The notes below the pieces were generated by a model. It was not told the origin of the DNA. It searched no databases and saw only the letters and a program-made list of their open reading frames with translations. 64,000 nucleotides of DNA from Chlorokybus atmophyticus (taxonomy: Eukaryota; Plantae; Mesostigma and Chlorokybus algae), in NCBI GenBank assembly GCA_009103225.1, contig RHPI01000260.1, positions 12,225 through 76,224 of the forward strand, written 5' to 3'. This document shows positions 22,691 to 34,304 of the stretch, piece by piece. The translations under genes were made by a program, and so were the position numbers. Each line of letters starts with the position of its first letter. The first letter of the stretch is position 1.

Positions 22691-24564
22691 TCACGTCCGA
22701 CCGTTGGTGCTAATTACTGGAAAAGGCGTGACGCCCATGCCCCTAACAACAGCTGGCCTTGAGCGCATGCGCTCCACCCATCTCATGACATAAACATAGC
22801 TGGTCAGTCTGAGCTCCTGCGTGGCGCCATAGGGCTCGTCCAGCGCGACTAGCCATGGGTATGTGGCCATGTCGGCGATGGTGTACTCGCCGACAATGTA
22901 GTCCCGCCCGTCCGACAGGCGGCGGTCCAGCACGCCTAACAGCCGCTGCACCTCCAGCGTCGCCTTCTCACGTGGGTACGTGTCCAACACGCTCCCACGC
23001 GCGTACTTGAAGTACACGCCGAACTGGCCAAAACAGGGGCCAACACCTCCCACCTGCATTTGATGTAAAGTTCAGCGCGCATACGTAATACTGTAGCCTA
23101 AGAGCAAGGTTGCGTGCATTTCTCATAAGGAAGATATGAACTGCACGAGCTCGTGGATACCTGCCAGAATAGCCACTGCATAGTATCAGAGCGTTTACGA
23201 GCGTCCTTTGGTAGAAACTTCCCGGCTTTGTCCGCAAGATACACCAAGATCGCACCAGACTCGAATATAGAAATCGGCTTACCACCTGGTGGAAAGCTTA
23301 TTGTTTGTCTATCATTGTCAAGTTGCATTCTTAGCTCCACAAGCCATTGGTGTTGGGCACATCAGCAATGTCTTGAATTACTGTCTTGCAATATAAATAC
23401 CCTCTTGCACGTATGGTTACAAACTTCCCCGTCGAGAGCAGTGTGCAAACTGCTCACCTGGCCCGTCAGGATCGGTGATTGCTGGTATCTTGTTGTTGGG
23501 TGATATTTTCAGAAAGTCAGGATGCCGCTGCTCACCTTTCGTTATCTGCACACGCGAAACGATGGCGGCCACATTATCTCAAGCATTGGATACTGCAACA
23601 GAATGGTATTCAACAGCACGCACAACAGGCAGCAAACAGTCAAGCACAGGAGCATTGCAGCAGTGTGTGCTTCTCACACTGCTGCAATGCAATGCAACGA
23701 AATTTAAGTAATCACGCAGACTTGCAACGCACACAGCACAGCTCGGGTGCCATTACACACACAAACAACAGCGCTCGTCTTTGACGCATGGCAATGAATC
23801 GGGTTTTGGTGGTGGTGGTAGGGGCGGAGGGGTAGTCTAACGCCCGGTGCTATNNNNNNNNNNNNNNNNNNNNNNNNNNNNNNNNNNNNNNNNNNNNNNN
23901 NNNNNNNNNNNNNNNNNNNNNNNNNNNNNNNNNNNNNNNNNNNNNNNNNNNNNNNNNNNNNNNNNNNNNNNNNNNNNNNNNNNNNNNNNNNNNNNNNNNN
24001 NNNNNNCAATGCTAGCAATTGTAGAAAAGTAGGAGAAGAAGTTTACCATACGTTGACCAAGTGCGGTTCGTAAGGGATGCCCATTTCCTCCAGCGCTATG
24101 GCAACCTGGCAACACGTAACGCACATAAATGTTGGGGCTCAGAAGCTGTCACAAGCATGCTTGCATGCACCATTGTGGCAAAACAACACACCAACAAGCA
24201 TGACTTGCAACCAGTCAGCTCAAACAGGCAGCAGACAGACAACTGTCCAGTCTGCTCAAACCACTTGTGCGCGTAATACAAGCGCACGACAATACTTTAC
24301 ACAACCAACCTTCTGTCCATTGGGTGTGGCAATGGAGAACAGCTGGATAGGTCGCTTGAAGCCTTTCTGCTGCTGCTGCACAGGGCTGGTGGCTATTGTG
24401 CTGCTGCTTGTCTGCACTTCTCTGCTGACTGCAGCAGTGGCGCCCCCCTCAGCCTGCTTGCTTGAAGTTGGAGGCGGAGGCGGACGCCTGTCGGAGCTGG
24501 CGCTAAAGCGGCCCAGCAGGTACGCAGCGGCGGCGGCCGCCGCCGCCAACGCGAATGCCGCCAT
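22691..24564 (-). CDS. Glutathione S-transferase, Nu/Ure2p-like class (YfcG/YghU-like)
   Basis: Spliced: [14 protein letters not shown]|[18 protein letters not shown]|[29 protein letters not shown]|[18 protein letters not shown]...QWLFWQ|[10 protein letters not shown]...[12 protein letters not shown]...RPAVVRG. One intron contains the N gap 23854-24006. Confidence 0.93.
23854..24006. other. Assembly gap (153 N) in a GST intron
   Basis: Run of N. Confidence 0.99.
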
Positions 24565-26092
24565 GCCCAACGACACCGACGACGACAGTGGCTGCCGCAG
24601 CATGAGGCTGACAGGCAGTGCGCTTCGTGCTGTCCCTCATGCAAGCCGAGGCGGGTCCCATTAAAGCTTGGGAGTGCAAGGATGACATGACACCTGACAT
24701 GACACCAATGTACTGACTAGATCACTATAGTTGGCCTAGGCAAGGGATATTGGCATTGGCAAGAGCAACAAAGATATCTTTTCCACACATAGAGAAGATG
24801 CAGTGCTTGTAGCAAATATGCACCTCTGATTATGCAGTTACATGATTTGTTGCTTGCTTGGGTTGGGTGTGCAAATGCATCCGCATGGTGGCGCATGTTT
24901 GGCACTGTTTACAAAGTGAATGCATTTTTTTTACCGTCTACAACACATGATGCCAATGTAAATATGGAAACAGTTTGTTTAACAATACATGTCGCGTGGC
25001 AATCTCATAAACGTTATAAGCCTTGTTTAGCAAGGTAGCATGTATTGAGTATGTGCGGTGTACATAATCCTAATGGATATAGCGGCGCTTTTCCACATAT
25101 ACCACCAACACATGCCGCGTAAGTGATATTATTTGACAATGTTACACATGTTAACGTTGATTCTGAAAGCACGTATCATATTGCATGGCGATCATATCGC
25201 AAGCAGTATTTCATGTACACTCATTGTTGAATTCAACTACTTTGCCAAATTGGGTAACTCTGAGATTATACACCCGAATTGCGCTAAACTTGACTGATGT
25301 GTAGGTTATTTGAAGTAGCGCACGCCATGTACAACAAACCAGTCACAGACGGGCGGTGGTAGCACTTAACCCACCCAATTAATGCCAACATGAATGCACG
25401 GTTATACAGTCAAGGCCCGCTAGGTGCAATGCAATTGGGGTGTAGAGGATAACGGGTGTGACCCACAAGTGTAGGAGAGAGCAGGAGAGTAGCCTAGAGA
25501 ACATAGGCAGCGCCAGCAGGCAACGTGGCAATGGATGTGAGTGTCTGTTTGCATATGTGCGACCTCGGCAAGACTGCTAGTGAGTCACATGTGCGCAACA
25601 AAGACACAATCAGTAGCATTACACAGTGGCCGAAGCAAGCAACGGCGATGGTAAACACATGGTGCAAGTTAGTGGTCAGCCAAGGCAAAGGCAATAGTGG
25701 CAATGCTTGTGCTGGCCCCCACACAGCAGCACAACAAGCAAGGGAAGGCAACAGCAACAGTAGCTATGTATTGCTAACTGAAGTGCCTGCTGAACTACAT
25801 GCCACTCGTCTTGCACTTTTATGTCGACTGTGTGGGGCCTAGCCACCCTAGTGGCAGACGCCACAATGTACTTGCTCAAGCCTCCACCATGCCTCATACA
25901 CACCGTACCATGCAATAGCCAATGTCAGAGCAAGCACTTCCCTCACCCCCCTGTGCAGGACGCATTGCACAAAAGCAGACCTCAGATAGACACGAGGACT
26001 CATTTGCGCACAACAACAGTCACGAGATAGCGCGCACTGTCATTCTGTTAACATGGCTTGTATAACATAGCTACGATATGTCCAGCGCTGCC

Positions 26093-27193
26093 CTACGACC
26101 ACAGCTCTTGCAGGGTCATGCCACGTTTCTTGGCAACCTCATCAAACGTTTGCATCTGTTCAAAGCCATTGATGACGGCGCGCGCATTGTTCAGAGGGTT
26201 ACCACTTCCCAACTGCTTGCCAAAAGCGTTCTCAACACCTGCGAGATCGAGCACCGCACGCACGGCACCACCAGCAATGACGCCGGTACCTTCAGCAGCT
26301 GGCCGCAGCATGACAGACGCGGAACCAGCAATGCCTGTCACTCTGTGCGGGAAAGTCTTATGCTTGTTGAGAGGAACCTGCATTAATCAATACATGATTA
26401 CACAATTCAACTCGACTGCTGAATAAGAGTGTCAGCTCTATCCAATGGGCTGACACTCTTACACAGCAGCACTGCAATGCAGTTGCTTATGATACCACCA
26501 ATGGGAGTACATGTTGCGAATGCTAGGGAGGAGTGCAGAATGTGGGCTGTACAGGCAGTTCAAGTCAATGCAACACTGTACAAACGCACCTTCAGCATGC
26601 CCTTGCGACCAGCAGTGGCCGCCTTTGTGACTGCGGTGATGACCTCCTTCGACTTCGCCACGCCAATGCCCACGCTGCCGTTCTTGTCACCCACGACAAC
26701 CACAGCGCGGAACGCCATCTGCTTGCCTCCCTTCACCACCTTGGTGACTCGTGAGATCTATGGAAAGAACCATACCCCATGCTGAGTGTACAGGTCAATG
26801 CGACAGCAAGTAGTCAAACCAAATACACGAGGTGCTGACCTGCACAATTTCCTCCGCAATGCCGTCATCAGCCTCAGGCTTCTTGCGGGCGCCATCATCG
26901 CCGCCAAACCTGCGATCCCGCTTGGGCCTGGCGTCAGCTGCTTCCTCGTCATCGTCTTCCTCCTCCTTAGCCATGGCCATCACGCGTGCGCAGGCCGCAG
27001 GGGCCCTCCTCTCCGCCCGCAGCGCCTGCGCCCCGGACCCAGACAAGGACCGGCTGTATCCCAGCCGCGCAGAGGGGCAGGCGGCGGCATTGGCAGAGCT
27101 AGCCCTGCAGATGGGCTCCCTCGCCACAGGTGCGGGTCCCACGCACACCACACCCAACGTCGACGCCGCCGACGCCGCCACCACCGCCGCCAT
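26093..27193 (-). CDS. PRPS5: Plastid 30S ribosomal protein S5 (uS5c) with transit peptide
   Basis: Ala/Ser/Arg-rich N-terminus, then EEIVQ|[27 protein letters not shown]...|[15 protein letters not shown]...[46 protein letters not shown]. Confidence 0.93.
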
Positions 27194-27229
27194 TGCGCCC
27201 GTCAGCACCGCCGCCCGCAACGCCGCCGA

Positions 27230-27238
27230 TTAGGGTTT
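27230..27238 (-). promoter_or_regulatory. Telo-box AAACCCTAA upstream of the RPS5 ATG
   Basis: Exact AAACCCTAA on the minus strand ~37 nt upstream of the ATG. Telo-boxes are typical of plant ribosomal-protein gene promoters. Confidence 0.55.
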
Positions 27239-27411
27239 GGCCACTAAACACCGGATAGCTCAAATCATCGAAACCGTCCATTATGGCATTCGCTAATTTA
27301 CGCTTCAAAGAACGCCACGTAGTCTAACGTAGCGGCACAACTAACACAGGCAAGCTTTGTCTAACGAACTATCGGCCTTGATTGCCAGCTGGCATAGTGA
27401 TTGGTGTCAGC

Positions 27412-28653
27412 ATGGCGGCGGCGGCGGTGGCGGTGGTGGCACTGCCCGTGGTTGCTGTCGGTGGATGTGGGGGATTGCAGGCTGTAGGTAGGCGGCAGGG
27501 CCGCAGGGGTGCAGCGCGGGTGCAGAGAATCGCAGATCATGGCAGGCGGTGGTGTGGCCGCCGCCGCCTGGCTGCCAGCTGCTCGGCTGCGACGGAGGAT
27601 ACCAGCAACGCAGCTAGCGATTTCGCCTCCCAAACTCTAGGCAAGAGTGTAGACTAATTTAATTGTAGAATTGCATGCGTGCACCTGTCTAGGCTGTACC
27701 ACAAGCTGATCAAGTTACACTTGTGCAGCTGAACAGGCGGAAGCATTGTCGTACTACAAGGTCCTGGGTGTATCGCCCAGCGCAGGGTTTGAGGAGGTAA
27801 GCCTGGTGCTCTCTCATGTTGTGTGTTGCTCGTTAGTTTGCGGGCATACGATTGTGCATATAAGCCATGCATGATGCATGGCTCGTGCTGGTATGCATGC
27901 TAGTAGCGCACTTGTCCGGGGTTGCAGCTGCTCCCTCTCGCACAATTACCTGTTGTCTCTGGCACTGTGTCAGCACATTTTAAAGTGCAAAAGGTGCCTT
28001 CTTGCTGACTGATTTTGCATGCAGATTCGATCTTCGTATCGTTCCATGAGCAAGTTGTACCACCCAGACTCGACAACCCTGCCTGCTGCAGAAGCCGCCA
28101 AGCGGTGGTCCGCAGTTCAGGTTAGGCAGAGTGTTGCGGACGTTATACATACATCAGCACTTAGTGGTTGCATGCAACAAGTGTTATTGCACCTCACAAC
28201 ATGAGCGCACTGCACTGCGCAGCAATTCCAAAGCTGCACTGTGCAGCTGTGGAATTGCACACACAGTGCAATAAAAAGCCAATCATGCTCAGTCTCCTCA
28301 TCAGAAGTCGCACACAACAGGAAGCGTACACGACGCTGAACACGCCGGAGAAGAAGCGACTGTACGACTGGGCGCTGGCAAGCTCGCGCAATGGAGGGCA
28401 GTACGTGTGGCCCTACGAGGCGATGTCTGCAAAGTCCTCACAGCCGCAAAGGCAGGACGAGATGGGGCTGTCTGCTGTGGACAGATTGCCGGTTGGTGAG
28501 AACCTCCCGCTGTCGGGGCAGGCGAGCACCGCTCTGCTGTTCGACTTGTTCGCCATCGTTGTTGCTGTTGCCGTCATCACCGCGCAGTCGCTCACGTCGG
28601 ACACCATGTTCGGATCCATTGCGAGCATTTGGGACCAGTTTGCTGCTCCTTGA
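27412..28653 (+). CDS. ndhT: Chloroplast NDH-complex J-domain protein, NdhT(CRRJ)/NdhU(CRRL)-like, 241 aa
   Basis: Exons 27412-27640, 27729-27796, 28025-28120 and 28321-28653 total 726 nt in frame. Transit peptide; YYKVLGVSPSAGFEE|IRSSYRSMSKLYHPDSTTLP (J domain, HPD); LYDWALA...YVWPYE; VDRLPVGENLPLSGQASTALLFD plus a TM helix. Confidence 0.8.
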
Positions 28654-29195
28654 GGAGTTGTGTGAGAGAACCCAGTTTGTCGTTGGAAGGAGTTGATAGT
28701 CAGCTGTCGTGAACATGGCAGCTGCGACAACATGGACTGTAACATATACTGCTGTTGTGTACCTGAGACGCTCATAGCGCTCGTTGCAGGCTGCATTAGT
28801 TACGTCAAGTTTGCGGTTGGTAGGCTGACTGGTGAACACACAAATAAGTATGTGGTTGGCTTTAGTGACATGAGGGACTGCAGATGCTTCCCACAGTTTT
28901 GTACATGTCATTCCATTGCTAGGCAGTTGCAGAAGTTGCTATTCATGAAGCCAACAGTGCATTAACGCAACACATGTTATCACAACTACCTGAGCAGCAA
29001 TGAACAAATTGATAAATATGGGATTAGTGCTCCAGCTCTAATCAGCTGGGACAATAGAGGCAGTTACTAGGTCTCCTCCCCCAAAATGCCCTTGTTTCTC
29101 TACACGCGGCTGAAAATGTAGCTAAGCAATATCGCGATTGACGTCATCAACACGCTGTGCAACAAGCGGTTGTCACGCGCGCGGGGAAGGGGGGG

Positions 29196-29345
29196 NNNNN
29201 NNNNNNNNNNNNNNNNNNNNNNNNNNNNNNNNNNNNNNNNNNNNNNNNNNNNNNNNNNNNNNNNNNNNNNNNNNNNNNNNNNNNNNNNNNNNNNNNNNNN
29301 NNNNNNNNNNNNNNNNNNNNNNNNNNNNNNNNNNNNNNNNNNNNN
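29196..29345. other. Assembly gap (150 N) flanked by G runs
   Basis: Run of N; ggggaaggggggg on the left and gggg on the right. Confidence 0.99.
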
Positions 29346-30646
29346 GGGGCAACGCTATAAGTTCAACCTTCAACCCCGCGACTCCCTTAGGCGGATTGAT
29401 ACGAACCCTAGCTGGTATGCAAAGTCTCGTTGTTGCTTGATTCGGACGTTCACAAACTCCTTGCGACCAACAACGCTTGCATTTTCATGCAGTGCAAATG
29501 TGGCTGTCTTCATGCATGTGAATAACGAAAACTCGTCAAAGCTGTCAAATCAATGTACATGCTCATATGCATATAATGTCATTCACAACAAGAGCCACTC
29601 TTGTGGCAACACTTCTTGCGACTGATATGCCACATTACGATCGCACACACATGAAGCTATATTGCAGTCAATGATATTTTTAAGCATTCGCCACATATAA
29701 CTTACAGCAGAGTCGATATCAACAAATACTAGTTGTTACGAGCACATTTTGTGGAATGCATGCAATGTTTATTTCGTGCAAGGCGCTGAGACTCTAACAC
29801 ATCACGTAATGATGTACAAATGCAACATGTTTTCAACACCGCATGGCCGTCCATGGGTAACCAATCATATGAGCGCAGTGTTTGATTTTTGGTGTAAGCA
29901 ACCAACTATGGAATGGTAAAAATACTATGGACAATACTGTGCCACATGGATGCTCAATGCTTTAGCAATGCCTTAAGTATCCGTATAATAACGTTAGTAG
30001 GAGCATATGACACGCAATGCACACATGTACTTTATGCTAACATTGCTTGCGTCAAGTCAAATGTTAGAGGTTAAGGCTTGATAGTCATTATCATTAAAAG
30101 AAGTAATGTAACATATGACGTAATTATTGCGCATTGACGCGTGGGCATCAACCGTCAGGAAAACATATTGTGCAGAAGATGACACTGACAGTGATGTATT
30201 AAATGATTACCGCAAAGACATGTACATTACAACCCATAAGTATTTACCAGCTGCCTCGGGTTGTAACTTCAATACAATCATACAAACCTTGTTAATAGCA
30301 ACATTAATGCACTCCGTTGACTTTATGATCATCAAAGCTAAAGGTTGAAATAAAATTAAACCCGTATCAGTAAGTTTTGGTTGTAATTTATGTGTCTTTA
30401 CGGTATTGATGGGTGGGCATCAAGTTGAGGCCATCAGCCCTTCCCAACTAGTGGGTTAGTTAACATTCTGCGCGGGCTGACCTCATTCAACCCCACTCAA
30501 CTGTGTGTATATCAGAGCAGCACGATATTGACATTGGCAGTGTCGTTGCCAACAGCACCAATTTAAACTCTGCGGCATTGTCAACGACGGCGGCGGCGGA
30601 GTTGTCACCTAACTAGAGATAGCTCAGCGCAGGAGGCTAGTAACAA

Positions 30647-33000
30647 GTGGTGGCAACGTCAGCTACATCACCTCAAGGTGTAGGAAGAGCGGCTTCCACG
30701 GCAGCAGGGAGCAAGATGAGGCCAGGAGCGCGCGGCTGTAACAAACCACTAGGCCACAAAAGCACGAAGTGTGTTTTGTGGCCATTGTGGCGTTATTATT
30801 TAGTCGTCCGTGACATTCCTCTCCACTTAGGCATTTAATGTCCTCATCAGAGGTGAGTTTTTACAGGGCTTCTCGTCACTGAGCAGTGGAAGCGATTTTT
30901 GCAATTATCACTGAGCAGTCGCAGCGCGCATTGCGCCGCAGAGTGACCGACTGTCAGTCGCCGTTAGGCAAGTCGCGCGGTACTACCCAGCGGCGGCTCC
31001 AGGTACGCGCGACGCGTCAGAATGTCCGACTGTTGTTACGCAAGTTGCGCACTGACGCGCGACCCATCATGGATCAATAACAACAACCTCAAAAATCCTT
31101 CTTCTGGTCTGCCGCCCCCAGGCGGTTTCGACCTCAGGACCTTTTCGGTCTCAAGCTCCGATGACCAATGTAACAAACCACCAGGCCGCAGAAGCACGAA
31201 GTGTGGTTTGTGGCCATTGTGGCGTTATTATATATATACTTGGTCGTCTGTGACAGCGGCGACGGCAGGAGGAGGAGGAGAGAGGTGGTGTCATGGATGT
31301 GCGGAGGCAGAGGATGTGCTGGTTGTGGAGAGGGCGGAGAGGGAGGCGGCGTGCTCCCGCGCGGACATGCTAAGGCGCGAGCTCATGGAGTACAAGCGAT
31401 GCATACGCATCCTCCACCAGAAACATGCCATTCTGGTAGTGGTTTGTTGGGAAGCGTGCGTCCGTGTGTGACTTTGTGTTTATGTGTATATGTGCACACG
31501 GGAGTAGGTGAACGTGTGTGCGTGCATGTGGGTATCCTGCATCCGCAACAACAACGCGCAATAGCCAAGGCAACCAACTCAAAGCGTATGTTGCATCCCG
31601 ACTGTCACGTCACTTGTGTCTTTTTTGTTGCTGGCAGATGGCTGATCTAGAGGCGGCGTGCAAAGCTCTGGAAGCCACTGAGGCCCAGCACACACGCACC
31701 AAGCAAGCCTTACAGAAAGAGCATGAGGTCGCATGATTGCAATTGATATTTTTGTTTGTTGTTGCTGTTGTAGTGGTCAGTTTTGTTGTTGGCGAGCTGA
31801 ATAAGTGTTGCAGCGGCTGAGCAGGCGTGCAAGGGGCTCGCGCAACAATACCATGAGCTGAGGCAGCAGCTGGCGGAAAACGAGAGCAAGAATTTGGCCG
31901 TAAGTGCATTTCGCTTTGTTGCACTTCTTTTTAAGGCATATCACGCTTCACACTATGCGCTGATGCCAAGGGTTGTGCTGTTCTAGCCAGAATGTCTGCC
32001 TTAACACACGTTGCTACTTAAGCACAGGATTTTGAAGTGGAGTGCAAGATTCAACTCGTAGAGCAAAAGGCCAACAAGTAGCTCGAGTGCGCCAAGCTGT
32101 GCCCATTCGATACACTTGTGTCGCAACATATCCTCAACGTACACAGATGCTGCTTGCCCACATATGCATAAATTGCAACGCGACATGTCTGGAAACATAA
32201 ATACAATGAGCTGTGGGCAAAGCTGAAGAGCGAAGCTGCAGGGTCTGAGAAAGAAAATGCTGGTGCAGCGAAGGCCGATAGAAGCCTGCGGGCCGAGCTC
32301 AAGGCATGCAAAGTGCACGTGCGTTCGCAAGTCAAGGAGTTGGCGAGTACACGCGCACATGCATGCATACACACACGACTATGAATAATTCGCCATTGGT
32401 TTGGTCTTTGTGAGTTTTGCAGCTTTTAAGGCAGGAGGAGGTGTTCCGTGCGCTTAAGCGCCAGGTAAAAGCGGGTCGCAGCTGCTTCCAGGGATTTTGA
32501 CAAGCACTGGCAGCTTTTCGATCTAGAGTTCGAGCTCCATTTCTCGAATGGCAAGAATCAGCTACTTGCTGAAAAAGTAAGGGGCAGCATCCTTGTTGTA
32601 CAATACGCATATAAATCAGCATATAAATCGCATGCGTTTGTAGAGGCATATGTCTTGCGCATAAGACATGGTCATGTGATGAGGTCTCTCCACCACAGGT
32701 GCAGGAACGTGAAGCGCAGCTTACGAAGCTTACGAAAACCACCAAGCGAGCTGCCGTGCAGTTTGTGCAGTCATTGCCATTGACGGCCGTGATCAACGTG
32801 CTGGTGGTGCCCAAGCTGTCCCCATCGCGTCCAAAGCAAGGTGCTGAGGCACTTGACACGCCTCCCCGTGACAAGCCATCCAAGATGAACAGTGCTGCAA
32901 CTAGCCGACACAGCCTGCATGCATGGAGCGAACAGTGCATCACTGCTACAAAGGCGAGAAAGAAACATGCAGATTTCAACTGTTTTCATGAGGTAGACAA
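30647..33000 (+). pseudogene. Decayed multi-exon coiled-coil protein gene interrupted by a TRIM
   Basis: AG/GT-bounded E/K/Q/A-rich pieces (ADMLRRELMEYKR; DLEAACKALEATEAQHTRTKQALQKEHE; QEREAQLTKLTKTTKR), an in-frame TAG near 32080 and frameshifts. No family recognised. Confidence 0.35.
30737..31255 (-). mobile_element. TRIM (terminal-repeat retrotransposon in miniature), 519 bp
   Basis: Direct repeats 30737-30815 and 31169-31255, both TG...CA. 5-bp TSD GCGGC at 30732-30736 and 31256-31260. PBS-like TGGTCATCGGAGC (31167-31155) and purine tract GTGGAGAGGAA (30826-30816) on the minus strand. No ORF. Confidence 0.88.
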
Positions 33001-34304
33001 TTGGTATCTATGGCATTTGTGCTGTGTGCGGTTGTTTGTAGTGGAAAATGTGGTATGCTAATTGTGTTGCTTCACACAAAAACACCATCAGTGCATCATG
33101 CAGTACGCAATCCCGTGCTTGCATTTGTGATAGACACTCTCACAATTGCAGCCCTTTTGCCAAATCTCAACGTCTTAGCTTGCGTCGCATACCCTTACAC
33201 AAGAGCACATGGCCGCAGCAACTCAGGGAGATTTTTGCCGTGCATGCCAAGGTCTACGGCCTTGGTACGGCTGACAAAACCCTAAGTATGCAGTGGCAAA
33301 GGCAGCTGCGACAGCAGTTGTCATGGTGGCGGAGGTTGGGAGCGGTGGCGGGGGGAGTCTGCTGGTCGTTGTGGTCATCAACGTGGTCCTCAAGGCTGAC
33401 TCTACTGGCTATGTGGCACGTAATGCATGCTTGTAGACTGACAGGGTTGGGCAGTAGAGTAGTGAAGTAAGTAGTAGGTAGTGTGCACCTAGCCCGGTGG
33501 TCGTGATAGAGGTAAATGTGGTTAAGTGTCTATGCATGTGTCGTGCATGTTGCATACATCACGTGCATATTCTGTACACTCTGCCGTTTCGCAGATTGCA
33601 CAAATTGTACCCATACCATACAAGCACAGTCGAGGGTAAAATGGCATGGCTGCTGTGCACTGTGAGCAGCAAGTTTCCGCAAGCAGCTCATGAAACCTCA
33701 CACCAAAGACAGGCAAACGCCTGCACAACTACTGCACTCCACCTGTCGCAACGGATTATTGACGCAATCAAAACAGTTCGGTACCTACATTGTGTCACAA
33801 AGTGCAGCGGCGATACATTAGACTACGCCTAACATGAACCACCCGCACGCGCATAATTGTTCACGCTGATGCTGCTCAACGAGGAGTAACAGTCAAGAGC
33901 AAAAGGTGTAACAGTTAAGACCCTGCGCCAGCTGCAGTGTTGATCAAGGTCTTTTGGGCAGCTTGAAAGCATCGGAGTCTCTAAGTCACGCTAATCTGCT
34001 TCCAGCGATTACACCCCATGCCCATGGCCAAGCGGCCCGCAAAACCTCACTGACTTGCAACCACCGACCTGCAAGCTGTCAGAGCCACCCAGCTGCTGCT
34101 TGCATGGATAATGTCGCATGTATATGCACGCGAAACTTTCGTCATCTTTAGTGCAGCTTGTTGCTTGAGGCCATGCAAGTCGTTCAGGCCCTCTGCTGTG
34201 GGTGACATCAAAATTCCTCAAGGGGCTTGTAGCCTTGCCTGATGAAGGTTGCCTTGTGTGACGTGCTGACTCTGCAACTCCCAATGACCCAAGCGACGAG
34301 ATGA

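Noticed and set aside
29100-30600. AT-rich segment beginning at a G-run-flanked gap
   Set aside because: May be a TE remnant, but no TIR, TSD or protein motif was identifiable. The gap is best explained as a homopolymer assembly failure.
31112-31168. tRNA gene
   Set aside because: Only a 3'-half-like resemblance with no acceptor stem or D arm. It lies inside the TRIM and is reported there.
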